NCBI GenBank assembly: GCA_964542295.1
Contig: CAZITZ010000001.1
Coordinates: forward strand, 11,724-39,820
Source of the DNA: an uncultured Desulfurococcaceae archaeon
GTDB taxonomy: Archaea; Thermoproteota; Thermoprotei_A; Sulfolobales; Desulfurococcaceae
DNA length: 28,097 nucleotides
Direction: 5' to 3'
A program made the position numbers and the translations under genes. Positions 1 through 8,608 of this stretch are shown one piece after another. The notes under the pieces are model-generated. The model had not been told where the DNA came from. It did no database searches and saw nothing but the letters and a program-made list of their open reading frames with translations. Each line of letters starts with the position of its first letter. Within the stretch, counting starts at the first letter, position 1.

Positions 1-67
1 ATTTTAAGCGGAGTATTTATTATCCTAATCATTGATACATTAACTATGACATGAAGGGGGAAGTAAC

Positions 68-1171
68 ATGTTATCAAAGATGCTATGGATCATTATGGTA
101 TCCATAATGCTATTAACTATTAGTTGTCATAGCATTGTTTCTTCTAACATTCCTTATTTACAGAATACAATATACATATCTAAAGTTGAAGTTTCAGTTA
201 CTGTTGATCCAGAGCTAAATATATCTTATGTTGAAGAAACAGTGTATTTAAGTAGTTATGTTAGTGAACTAACAACTTTATATATTGATTTAATAAGTGA
301 TGATATTTCTAATGTAAGGTTTGTAAGGGCATATGGGGAAGAAGACGTAGAATTTCCTGCCCGTTATATTATTAATAATAAGACTATAGAAGTAGTTGTA
401 TCCAATACTTCATTTATAAAAATAGAGTATATACCAATATGTCTTGTAACACCTATTGGTCTAGGATATTATGAGCTATCAATAGATCTTAGCTTTGAGA
501 ACATCGAACAAGTATCAGGAGAAGTTATTGTTCCCAAGAATTTCGACATCCTTGTTATAGGAACAGGAGATTACTCGGTTGAACGTAATGATTTCATAAC
601 TATATTGCTTCATGATCCAGAGAAGTATACCATAGTATTAATGAAGAATTTTACAACAACCATACCTACTTCTCCAACTACAACGCCTCCAACCGGAACT
701 TCTCCTACAACTTCTCCCGCAACATCTGCTCCAACTGAAACTACATCTCCGTCTTCAGAATCACCAACTACGCATACCTCCCCGAGTCCGCCAGTAACTG
801 ATACTGGAAAGTGGTTGCCTATACTATTAGTTATCGCCTCAGCCTTGATCGGTATTGGTATTGCATGGTTCTTTATGAAGAGGCGTAGGGAGGAAATAGT
901 CATTGAGACTATTTCTCCAACTGACATACTGTCGGATGACATTATAAGAGATATACTCCTAGTTGTTGGAGATTCTGGAGAAAAAGGTATTGCTCAAAAT
1001 AGACTTGTAACAATCATAGGTAAGCCTAAATCAACTATATCTCGTAAAATCAGGCGTCTAAGCGAAGCAGGATACATTGACGTTGAAAGAGCTGGCAGAA
1101 GTAATATTATTAGGCTAACTGGTAAGGGATGGGAGATTTATAGGAAATTAAAATCTGGGGAATTTGAGTGA
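68..1171 (+). CDS. Membrane-anchored protein: signal peptide, extracellular domain, Thr/Ser/Pro linker, TM helix, C-terminal cytoplasmic winged-HTH
   Basis: Hydrophobic N-terminus; TTTIPTSPTTTPP linker; TM WLPILLVIASALIGIGIAWFF followed by KRRR; HTH-like segment IAQNRLVTIIGKPKSTISRKIRRLSEAGYIDVERAGRSNIIRLT. Confidence 0.8.
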   Translation: MLSKMLWIIMVSIMLLTISCHSIVSSNIPYLQNTIYISKVEVSVTVDPELNISYVEETVYLSSYVSELTTLYIDLISDDISNVRFVRAYGEEDVEFPARYIINNKTIEVVVSNTSFIKIEYIPICLVTPIGLGYYELSIDLSFENIEQVSGEVIVPKNFDILVIGTGDYSVERNDFITILLHDPEKYTIVLMKNFTTTIPTSPTTTPPTGTSPTTSPATSAPTETTSPSSESPTTHTSPSPPVTDTGKWLPILLVIASALIGIGIAWFFMKRRREEIVIETISPTDILSDDIIRDILLVVGDSGEKGIAQNRLVTIIGKPKSTISRKIRRLSEAGYIDVERAGRSNIIRLTGKGWEIYRKLKSGEFE

Positions 1172-1692
1172 GGGAACCAAAGCCTATCTATGCGCAGGGA
1201 TTTTTCCATTTGAGACGTAATGGATTAGTTGATCAAACGATCATATTTGATTATTACGATCCTGATAAATATTATTATAAGATCCTGCGACATAGGCTAA
1301 AGCTCGATCATGAAATAAATTTGCTAAGAAAAAATATGCAGTATTTTCTAGATCAGGAAAGAGTACTAATTAATGGTGCCGATGCTTCACCTAAGGTAAT
1401 GCATGTAGAAATAGGTATTAGAGGACGCCCTGATCTAGCTTATGTCTTGTTTTTGATTAGTTTTAAGGGAGAATTAGTTGATGGCCTTAATACATATGAA
1501 AATATATACGAAGAGGAAACCGTAGACTATGATTATATTGTGTACTGGATTTTTCCAGATAATGCAAGAATAGTTGAAGCTGATCTAGGTGTTCCATATA
1601 TAGTGTATGGAAATAGAATCTTATACTTTAGAGTACCCAAGGGTACACATGTAGGTGGTTATGAAAGAATAGTTTTTGAAATGAGGAGGTAG
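1168..1692 (+). CDS. Hypothetical protein, translationally coupled to the upstream gene
   Basis: 174-aa ORF; GTG start overlaps the upstream stop (GTGA); GGGG RBS-like sequence; no motif recognised. Confidence 0.75.
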   Translation: MREPKPIYAQGFFHLRRNGLVDQTIIFDYYDPDKYYYKILRHRLKLDHEINLLRKNMQYFLDQERVLINGADASPKVMHVEIGIRGRPDLAYVLFLISFKGELVDGLNTYENIYEEETVDYDYIVYWIFPDNARIVEADLGVPYIVYGNRILYFRVPKGTHVGGYERIVFEMRR

Positions 1693-1699
1693 TGCTTAT

Positions 1700-2017
1700 T
1701 TGGAAATGGAAACTATAAGAGAACGTATAATGAGGCTTTTTATAGAAAATATAGGCAGGTTTTATACCGTAAATGATATTATTACGATTCTTGCCCTTGA
1801 TCTTAAGCCTTTTGAAGTATATAGGCACATTGAACATATAGCTAAATCAATTAAAAGAAAAACTAATGGTAAAATTGAAATAGCTATGCAACCGCCAAGA
1901 TGTCGTAAATGCGGCTACTTATTTAGAGATCTTAAAAAGCCTAGGAAGCCAAGTAGATGTCCAAAATGTAAAAGTGAGTGGATAGAACCACCAGCTTTTG
2001 GAGCTATAATGAAGTAG
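1700..2017 (+). CDS. Predicted transcriptional regulator, HTH fused to a Zn ribbon
   Basis: N-terminal wHTH-like region; CRKC...CPKC Zn ribbon with SEWIEPP tail; GAGGAGG RBS before the TTG. Confidence 0.85.
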   Translation: MEMETIRERIMRLFIENIGRFYTVNDIITILALDLKPFEVYRHIEHIAKSIKRKTNGKIEIAMQPPRCRKCGYLFRDLKKPRKPSRCPKCKSEWIEPPAFGAIMK

Positions 2018-2034
2018 CATGATATAGTCATATA

Positions 2035-2044
2035 TTTTAATAAA
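2035..2044 (+). promoter_or_regulatory. TATA box for the C/D sRNA pair
   Basis: TTTTAATAAA about 25-30 nt upstream of the first C box. Confidence 0.5.
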
Positions 2045-2065
2045 CCTCAAAACAATACTTATACC

Positions 2066-2135
2066 GGATGATGAATGGGGACCTCCCATTATAGGGAGGA
2101 GCTCTGAACTGTGATGTGGGGCCAAAGCGCTGAAT
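2066..2135 (+). ncRNA. Box C/D sRNA with an elongated, hairpin-containing D' guide; the D guide fits tRNA-Gln(UUG) U34
   Basis: C ATGATGA 2068-2074; D' CTGA 2104-2107; C' GTGATGT 2111-2117; 12-nt guide GGGGCCAAAGCG; D CTGA 2130-2133. Confidence 0.8.
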
Positions 2136-2140
2136 AAAGT

Positions 2141-2197
2141 ATCCGATGAAGAATACGCCATCGGGTGATCCGTGAACGGTAGTCCGCTTCCGAGGAT
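2141..2197 (+). ncRNA. Box C/D sRNA, second of the tandem pair
   Basis: C ATGAAGA 2146-2152; 12-nt guide; D' GTGA 2165-2168; C' GTGAACG 2172-2178; 11-nt guide; D CCGA 2190-2193; terminal stem ATCC/GGAT. Confidence 0.75.
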
Positions 2198-2261
2198 TTA
2201 TCCTCCTCTTTATAAGCCTCTTATTTTCTTAATGGGTTATCTAGGTAGGTGTATAGTATAG

Positions 2262-3401
2262 ATGCTGAGAATAACATACATTGATTATAGGAAGTATCCT
2301 TTCTTAGAGAAAGTAGATAGGGTTCTTACTCGGGTATGGCCAGGACTGAATTTAATAGATCTAATCTCTTCTAAATCGGGAATTGTATATGAGAATGCAA
2401 TGAAAAGTTTCAAGTATATATTGGAAACTGGAAAAGCTCCTCCACCACAGTCAACTTCGGAGAATGAGGTTATAACATTTTATTCAACAATATTTCTAGC
2501 ATCATTAACAAATAATAGATGGGTTATCGAGAGAGTAGCTATTGCATATTCAAAGAGAGCTAGCGAATTCTTAGCTAAAGATTCTCCAGAATCAATTATT
2601 GTAGTCGCTCATAGACTAGGTATAGAGGTTAAGTACGTTACTGATAATGCTCCTCGTATACCGATTGGTATAAAGAGGTCATCAATAATATATCGTACCC
2701 TACCATATGCTATAGCATTAAAAGATTATGTAAAATACTCTCGTAGGTTATCAAGTGATCCTAGGTATGCTCTTGTAAATCAGATACTTGATCGTGGATG
2801 GGTTTATGTAGATAAGAAAGTATTGTCAAGAATTTTAGAAGAAGCTATTATGAGTTACATAAAATCTATGATTAAACCTATAAAAGAAATTCCTTCAGAA
2901 TTAAATGAATTAGTTATGGAGATAATGAATGTTTTAAGAGAATACATTGGTGAAGAACAATCATTTAAACTATTGAGTACTACTGGAGAAAGAATAATTG
3001 AAGAGGAGCTAAAAGGAATAATAGACTATGAATTATTTCCTCCTTGTATGAAAAAATTAGTAAATGAACTACGCAGTGGTGAAAACCTAAGCCATCATGC
3101 TAGATTTACTATTGCTGCATTCCTATCAAGAATAGGTATGGATGTTAATGATATACTCGATCTATTTAAGAACTCGCCAGATTTTAATGAGAGAATAGCA
3201 AGATACCAAGTAGAACACATTGCTGGTTTAAGAGGATCGAGAAAACAATATATGCCCTATAGTTGCCAAACAATGAAAAGCCTGGGTCTATGTCCAGTAC
3301 CTAATAATGATTGCGGTGTTAAGAATCCTCTTGTCATATATTATAGAAACTTACGTAAAAAGTATAGGAAAAGTAGATTGGAGAGTAAGTCGAATAAATA
3401 G
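2262..3401 (+). CDS. priL: DNA primase large subunit
   Basis: FPPCM, LSHHARF, YQVEHIAG and YSCQTMKSLGLCP...C motifs of the PriL Fe-S C-terminal domain. Confidence 0.95.
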   Translation: MLRITYIDYRKYPFLEKVDRVLTRVWPGLNLIDLISSKSGIVYENAMKSFKYILETGKAPPPQSTSENEVITFYSTIFLASLTNNRWVIERVAIAYSKRASEFLAKDSPESIIVVAHRLGIEVKYVTDNAPRIPIGIKRSSIIYRTLPYAIALKDYVKYSRRLSSDPRYALVNQILDRGWVYVDKKVLSRILEEAIMSYIKSMIKPIKEIPSELNELVMEIMNVLREYIGEEQSFKLLSTTGERIIEEELKGIIDYELFPPCMKKLVNELRSGENLSHHARFTIAAFLSRIGMDVNDILDLFKNSPDFNERIARYQVEHIAGLRGSRKQYMPYSCQTMKSLGLCPVPNNDCGVKNPLVIYYRNLRKKYRKSRLESKSNK

Positions 3402-3460
3402 ATATACATTTATTAATGCTATAGATTAGAATGTAGTTTTTAAGAGGTGTATCTGAGGAT

Positions 3461-3877
3461 ATGGATATAAACAAAGTAGTTGTAGTGTTTGCTAAACAAG
3501 GCACTATAATGATGAAGAAAGTAGTTGATGGAGATTTAAAAGATATTTTGAAGAAAGTTGCATTTGAAGCACTTCAAAAATGGGATCCCCTTGATTCTAA
3601 TTTTGATATTATAAGATATGATTATAAAATTGAGAAAAAACTTCCATTAAAGCCTGAAGAAGTAGATATAATTTTAAAACTTAATCCTATAAGACTTAAA
3701 GGAAGCGTTGTATTTACATTACCCATCTATATTATAAGTTATAAAAATTATTCAACAGATCAAGGGACAGTTGATGAGGAAGTATATGTTGTCGCACCTT
3801 ATATTAGTGATGAATATATGGGTTATGTAGAGGAAGTAGCTATTATGACTACATCGCCTAGCGAGGAATCTATGTGA
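3461..3877 (+). CDS. Conserved archaeal hypothetical protein (DUF2286-like)
   Basis: 138-aa ORF with GAGG RBS; the VVDGDLKDILKKVAFEALQKWDP pattern resembles DUF2286 as I recall it. Confidence 0.65.
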   Translation: MDINKVVVVFAKQGTIMMKKVVDGDLKDILKKVAFEALQKWDPLDSNFDIIRYDYKIEKKLPLKPEEVDIILKLNPIRLKGSVVFTLPIYIISYKNYSTDQGTVDEEVYVVAPYISDEYMGYVEEVAIMTTSPSEESM

Positions 3878-3899
3878 TTACTGGGTGAAATAATAGATC

Positions 3900-4490
3900 A
3901 TGGATAGAATAACATCATCATTCTATCTAAAGGAGATCGTATCTATAGTATTTGCTGCACCATTTATTGCCCTATACATTTTATTTATACTAAATTTTCA
4001 AGCAATGATAGATAAAGAGGATCTACTTGTAGGATCTATATTTCTCACAATAATACCCTTGATCATATCTGTAGGATTTTCTACATACTATCGTGTTGAA
4101 TGGGATTATAGGCAGCGAGAAAAGAGAATTATTCCTTTAGCGTTAATTAACCCTTCCTACATAGTTCTATGTATTTTATGGATGGACAGAGGATTCCCTG
4201 AAATATTTCTTTCTTTTTCTTACTTAGTGAACGGCTTAGTATCATTAATTATAACAAGATGGTATAAAATAAGTATACATATAATAGGTATAGCTGGGCC
4301 TTCAACATATCTTTTATTAATTAATCAATATGGATATGCAATATTATTCTATATGATCAGTATTATAGTTGCATTTTCAAGGATTAAGTTAAAAAGGCAT
4401 AGCATAGATCAAGTAATAAGTGGATATATAGTGTCTATAACTACAACGGTAGTAGGCTATGTTATTTTATTGGCGATATATAATGTTTAG
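3900..4490 (+). CDS. Multi-pass membrane protein, PAP2-like phosphatase superfamily
   Basis: About 6 hydrophobic segments; KISIH and SRIKLKRH resemble PAP2 motifs 2 and 3. Confidence 0.6.
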   Translation: MDRITSSFYLKEIVSIVFAAPFIALYILFILNFQAMIDKEDLLVGSIFLTIIPLIISVGFSTYYRVEWDYRQREKRIIPLALINPSYIVLCILWMDRGFPEIFLSFSYLVNGLVSLIITRWYKISIHIIGIAGPSTYLLLINQYGYAILFYMISIIVAFSRIKLKRHSIDQVISGYIVSITTTVVGYVILLAIYNV

Positions 4491-5142
4491 AGTATTGATA
4501 ACATTAACATTATTAATGCTTATAGCATTCTCTATCACTATTGCATCAACGCCCTCTATTTATTATAAAGTATCTTACTCTATTGAAATAGATAATAAAG
4601 TAATTGAGAAGGAGTTCTTTATAAAATTCTATCCATTAAACAATTCGATAGTCATTAATAATACTTTACTTTTTCAATCAACAATAGAAATAAAAGAATA
4701 TGGAATAAAAATAGATCTAGTAAATGAAGAAAAAGAAGGAGAAGTGGTTCGTGATTTTACTATTCAAGTTGATGAAAGACTTGAGAAATTTGATGTACTT
4801 CATGTAATCAAAAAATATAGGTCATATTTTATTGAGTTATATTATGAATTATCATCTGGTATCTTAATTCAAGCGGATATATATGATCTCGAAGAAGAGG
4901 CTACACCTATAGGAATAATATTCCTATATAACTATACAGTACCGTTAAACAAAATATATACTCTATCAACGTATCCAACAACATCGCCTCTAAACATCTC
5001 ATCTACTATCTCTAATACCAGGACAAATACATCGCATACAAATAATCAGGGCCATCCATTAACAACTATTCTACCTATAGTACTCCTACTCGCAATAATT
5101 CTCGTAGTCTTCACTATATTACTTAAAAAGAGAATAGCTTAA
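4483..5142 (+). CDS. Secreted, C-terminally anchored protein with Ser/Thr-rich linker
   Basis: ATG 4483 preferred over 4459 because it gives a clean signal peptide (MFRVLITLTLLMLIAFS); S/T-rich stretch, then TM and KKR; several N-X-S/T sequons. Confidence 0.7.
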   Translation: MFRVLITLTLLMLIAFSITIASTPSIYYKVSYSIEIDNKVIEKEFFIKFYPLNNSIVINNTLLFQSTIEIKEYGIKIDLVNEEKEGEVVRDFTIQVDERLEKFDVLHVIKKYRSYFIELYYELSSGILIQADIYDLEEEATPIGIIFLYNYTVPLNKIYTLSTYPTTSPLNISSTISNTRTNTSHTNNQGHPLTTILPIVLLLAIILVVFTILLKKRIA

Positions 5143-5200
5143 CTCCTTTTACTATCTAAATATATGTATAAGAGTTAAAGTCCATATAGATTGGAGAAGT

Positions 5201-5920
5201 ATGATGTCTAGATTTTGCATATACTGTGGAACAACTGGTTCGGAGGATAATCCTGTTGTTAATGGAATTTGTCTAAAATGTATGCTAAAGAGAGGGAGAT
5301 TAATTAAATTAAGGAAAAATAGTATAAGAGTCGATATTTGTAAAATCTGTTATTCTATAAAGATCGGTTATAAGTGGTTTGAAACATCTGGATTCGAAGA
5401 TGCAATATCAAGTATTATCAATAATATTGTGCCCAGATTACTTGAGCCTAGCTCTAGAGAACAAGTATTTTTTATTGAAAAATACGAATTTATCACAAAA
5501 GCGTCATGGAAGACAGTAGTAAGAGTATATGTTATCACATTCTTTGGAGGAATACAAATAGAGGTTCCTCTTGATATAACTATTTTCTTAAACCCAGTAA
5601 AATGTCCAAGATGTAGAATGTATAATAGTAGAGAATTTGAAGCAGTTGTCCAGATAAGAGGATATCCATTAAGTTATGTTTTTCAAGTACTTGAGAAAGT
5701 ATTTCTAGAAGATAGAAGATTATTAAGAGATTTCATTGAATCTATTAGTTCTCATAATGGTATAGACATTTATTTCTTTACCCATGGAGCTGCTCGTAAG
5801 CTAGCCCGTAAACTAGTACATATTCTAAATGCTCATATTATGGAAACATATGAGGAAGCTGGCATGAGAAGTGGTAAACAAAGAGCTAGATTATATATTA
5901 GTTTGAAGCCTAAAGCATAG
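5201..5920 (+). CDS. nmd3: NMD3-family ribosome maturation protein
   Basis: CIYC, CLKC, CKIC and CPRC Zn motifs; EAVVQIRG motif. Confidence 0.9.
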   Translation: MMSRFCIYCGTTGSEDNPVVNGICLKCMLKRGRLIKLRKNSIRVDICKICYSIKIGYKWFETSGFEDAISSIINNIVPRLLEPSSREQVFFIEKYEFITKASWKTVVRVYVITFFGGIQIEVPLDITIFLNPVKCPRCRMYNSREFEAVVQIRGYPLSYVFQVLEKVFLEDRRLLRDFIESISSHNGIDIYFFTHGAARKLARKLVHILNAHIMETYEEAGMRSGKQRARLYISLKPKA

Positions 5921-5933
5921 AAACCCACTTCTA

Positions 5934-6521
5934 ATGAATTTTTATAATAAGATTTATAAAGAATTAGTGGGAATACTTGGACTAGGTGTTTATGTATTGA
6001 ATGAATTCAGACAGGAAGATCTGGTACTTATAAGAGAACTAGTTAGGGATGGTAGAATTAGCTTCAAAAAATTATCTGAAATTACGGGATTATCCTATAC
6101 TGCCATTAGAGAAAGAATTAATAGACTTCGAAGAAACATGCTTATCGATATAAAACCTCTTGTGAGCCCCAGACTTTACGGATCAGTTGGTGCAGTTGTT
6201 AAGGTAAAAACTCGTCGACCATACGAATTGGCGGAAATACTCTCTAAATGCAATCGCATTATATCATTAATTATTAATAATAAAGGATTAACTGTAACAT
6301 TAGTAGCTCGGACAAAAGTTGAATTAATGTTTACAATAGAACGTTTAATCGCTCACAATAGATATGTTGAAGAATTTGAAATAGAATATGGAAAAGTGCC
6401 TGATTCTATACTTATTCCTCTCCGCAATTATAATCCACTATGTAATCCATGTATAGCGAGAGAAAAGTATGGATGTGGTGGATGTTTTCCGATACTTCGG
6501 ATGAAGAATGCTATAAAATAA
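5934..6521 (+). CDS. Lrp/AsnC-family regulator with a C-terminal four-Cys tail
   Basis: DGRISFKKLSEITGLSYTAIRERINRL HTH; RAM-like region; tail CNPC-x7-CGGC. Confidence 0.8.
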   Translation: MNFYNKIYKELVGILGLGVYVLNEFRQEDLVLIRELVRDGRISFKKLSEITGLSYTAIRERINRLRRNMLIDIKPLVSPRLYGSVGAVVKVKTRRPYELAEILSKCNRIISLIINNKGLTVTLVARTKVELMFTIERLIAHNRYVEEFEIEYGKVPDSILIPLRNYNPLCNPCIAREKYGCGGCFPILRMKNAIK

Positions 6522-6559
6522 ATGATATAAAACAAATCATGATCTATGGTAAGTGAGAT

Positions 6560-6862
6560 CTATATAAAGGCATTCTTTAAGTATTCTTCATCATATAATC
6601 CATAAACCCCTATCCTGTATATTTCTTCAGCTTCTTTATCACCTAGAACAATCTTAGCTAATTTTAAGACGCTATCTATGGTAGGATTCCTCCTTAACCT
6701 ATATACGAGCCTTCTTAATTCAGGATGTTCATACATAGTCATTCTCAATATTTCTTCGAATAATTTTCTTCCATCACTATTTAGTACGTCATTATGAAAA
6801 TACTGTTTATATCCAAGTAAAAGCTTCCTCAATAAAGCTTCTATATCTTTACCAAATTTCAT
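6560..6862 (-). CDS. Hypothetical protein
   Basis: 100-aa ORF; start overlaps the upstream stop by 4 nt. Confidence 0.7.
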   Translation of the reverse strand: MKFGKDIEALLRKLLLGYKQYFHNDVLNSDGRKLFEEILRMTMYEHPELRRLVYRLRRNPTIDSVLKLAKIVLGDKEAEEIYRIGVYGLYDEEYLKNAFI

Positions 6863-7824
6863 CTAATGACACCAAGGCAATTCATATGAAGCATATTCTT
6901 TGACTTTATTAAGTAATATTCATTACTATTACGTTTAGTAACCATTAGATACCCTGCCCAGTACTCTATAACTTCAAGATCTATGCCTTCAATATTTTTT
7001 ATTTCTATATTTTTAGCTTTATTATAGTATGCTATATCGATTGAAGGCATTATCCTGAAGATGGTCCTTTGATCAGGTAATGGAATATTTAAGGTCTTAC
7101 TGATTTTTTCAATTATAGATAATAGTCTCCTAAAGCTATATCTAGGTGGATAAGACAATACATCCCTTAGAGATCTTTTACGGGGTTTCTCGGATAAACC
7201 ATGTAAGTTGCCTATTCTCATCTCATATTCCCTAATAGTATATGCACTGCTAGACTCCATAAGCTTCGTAGCAACTACATGTGGTTGTTCAGCTATTCTA
7301 TCATATATTCTCCAACTACGTGTAGTACCAACTTTGACACCAAGACCATAGTCTAAAAGATATAGCGAGTACATGATTGTTTTACCAAATACATCGTCTA
7401 ATCTTTTACATGCACCTAAGCTATGAATTCCTCCACCACTAAAGCACCTTGAATATATGGCTCTCAAACTATCATTATGTTCTCTGCAATAGCCCAGACT
7501 AGATAATGGCTTCTTAAGACAATATATTCTCTCTAGCGGATTATCTCTTTTATCGAGGTAACCACTATGCCAATGACAATATTCATTAGTAGGGGATAGA
7601 AGTTTTATATAGTCTCCAGCTACAACAATATCTAAACTTCCATTACCTGGATCTTGTATTATTATTCCTCTAAAAATACTTCTATATTCTTCGACAACAT
7701 CCTCGCTTATACTCTTTAGACCTAGAAAACGGTCTAGTCCATCTAATCCGAGAACTCTTCTATTAAAGAATCGTGTCTCAATTAAAAATAGTCTCGGAAT
7801 ATATCCGGACGTATTCTTCACCAT
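6859..7824 (-). CDS. DUF2797-like protein
   Basis: YC/CxxH/C N-terminal cluster; YSLYLL..G..VKVGTTR...RIAEQ GIY-YIG-like pattern typical of DUF2797. Confidence 0.7.
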   Translation of the reverse strand: MVKNTSGYIPRLFLIETRFFNRRVLGLDGLDRFLGLKSISEDVVEEYRSIFRGIIIQDPGNGSLDIVVAGDYIKLLSPTNEYCHWHSGYLDKRDNPLERIYCLKKPLSSLGYCREHNDSLRAIYSRCFSGGGIHSLGACKRLDDVFGKTIMYSLYLLDYGLGVKVGTTRSWRIYDRIAEQPHVVATKLMESSSAYTIREYEMRIGNLHGLSEKPRKRSLRDVLSYPPRYSFRRLLSIIEKISKTLNIPLPDQRTIFRIMPSIDIAYYNKAKNIEIKNIEGIDLEVIEYWAGYLMVTKRNSNEYYLIKSKNMLHMNCLGVIR

Positions 7825-7848
7825 AAAATTCTTCGTTATAGTAATTAA

Positions 7849-8538
7849 TTAAACGACCGATACATTAGGATTACAAGGACTGATCTTTAGAATGTTTTTA
7901 TCGATCAATATTTTTTCTAAGATAGGAATGGCTTTTACGCTACCAATAGTGTTATCTACCTTTATCAATATATTCTTTGAGCTATAATAGTCGATAATGG
8001 GCTGAAATGTTTGATAATATACTTCATATCTCTTCCTAATAACCTCTGGTTCATCATCTCTTCTCCTTACGAGGGGAGTTCCATCATCATCACATACCAT
8101 ATCATTTTTTGGTGGATTAAACTTCAAGTTATAGATACGCCCACATCTAGGACAAATATATCTAGAACTAAGTCTTTCTACCGCAACTTCCATGGGGACA
8201 TAAATGTATACAGCTGCATCAATAACTGCAAATTCATCTAAAGCTTTAGCTTGAGTAATAGTTCTCGGGAAACCATCAAGTATAAATCCATTAATAGTAT
8301 CTGGCTCACTAAGTCTTTTACGCACAATTTCAATAACTATTTCATCAGGAACTAAGAGGCCTTTTTCAATATACTCTTTAGCTTTCTTGCCAAGCTCAGT
8401 ACCTTTTTCGATCTCAGCTCTGAAAATGTCACCAGTACTTATATGTGGAATACAGTATTTCTTCGAGAAATATTTGGCAAAAGTACCTTTACCAGCACCT
8501 GGGGGACCTAATAAGACGATCCGCATAGTATTCACCAT
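7849..8538 (-). CDS. adk: Adenylate kinase, long bacterial-type with Zn-LID
   Basis: GPPGAGKGT P-loop; HISTGDIFR; LDGFPRT; LID CPRC...CDDD; GAGGGG RBS (alternative start 8526). Confidence 0.95.
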   Translation of the reverse strand: MVNTMRIVLLGPPGAGKGTFAKYFSKKYCIPHISTGDIFRAEIEKGTELGKKAKEYIEKGLLVPDEIVIEIVRKRLSEPDTINGFILDGFPRTITQAKALDEFAVIDAAVYIYVPMEVAVERLSSRYICPRCGRIYNLKFNPPKNDMVCDDDGTPLVRRRDDEPEVIRKRYEVYYQTFQPIIDYYSSKNILIKVDNTIGSVKAIPILEKILIDKNILKISPCNPNVSVV

Positions 8539-8608
8539 TACCCCTCTTACAATTTGATAACTATATAGAATTTTAACTATAAAACTATATGATTATAGAT
8601 AACGAAAA

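Noticed and set aside
68-130. Lipobox at LTISC
   Set aside because: The -3 residue does not fit the consensus, and lipoproteins are poorly supported in crenarchaea
660-800. Repetitive ACAAC/TCTCC tract
   Set aside because: Explained by the Thr/Ser/Pro linker codons; not a CRISPR array or DNA repeat
610-942. Minus-strand ORF of 110 aa
   Set aside because: Shadow of the Thr/Pro linker and TM region of the 68-1171 gene
1628-2161. Minus-strand ORFs 1628-1837 and 1919-2161
   Set aside because: Antisense to real genes and to the C/D sRNAs; no motifs
5139-5178. TTAACTC/GAGTTAA inverted repeat upstream of nmd3
   Set aside because: Seven AT-rich bp with a 26-nt spacer is within chance expectation
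6522-6565. ATGATAT...ATGA C/D-like boxes
   Set aside because: AT-rich, with no convincing C' or D box; implausible guide at high temperature
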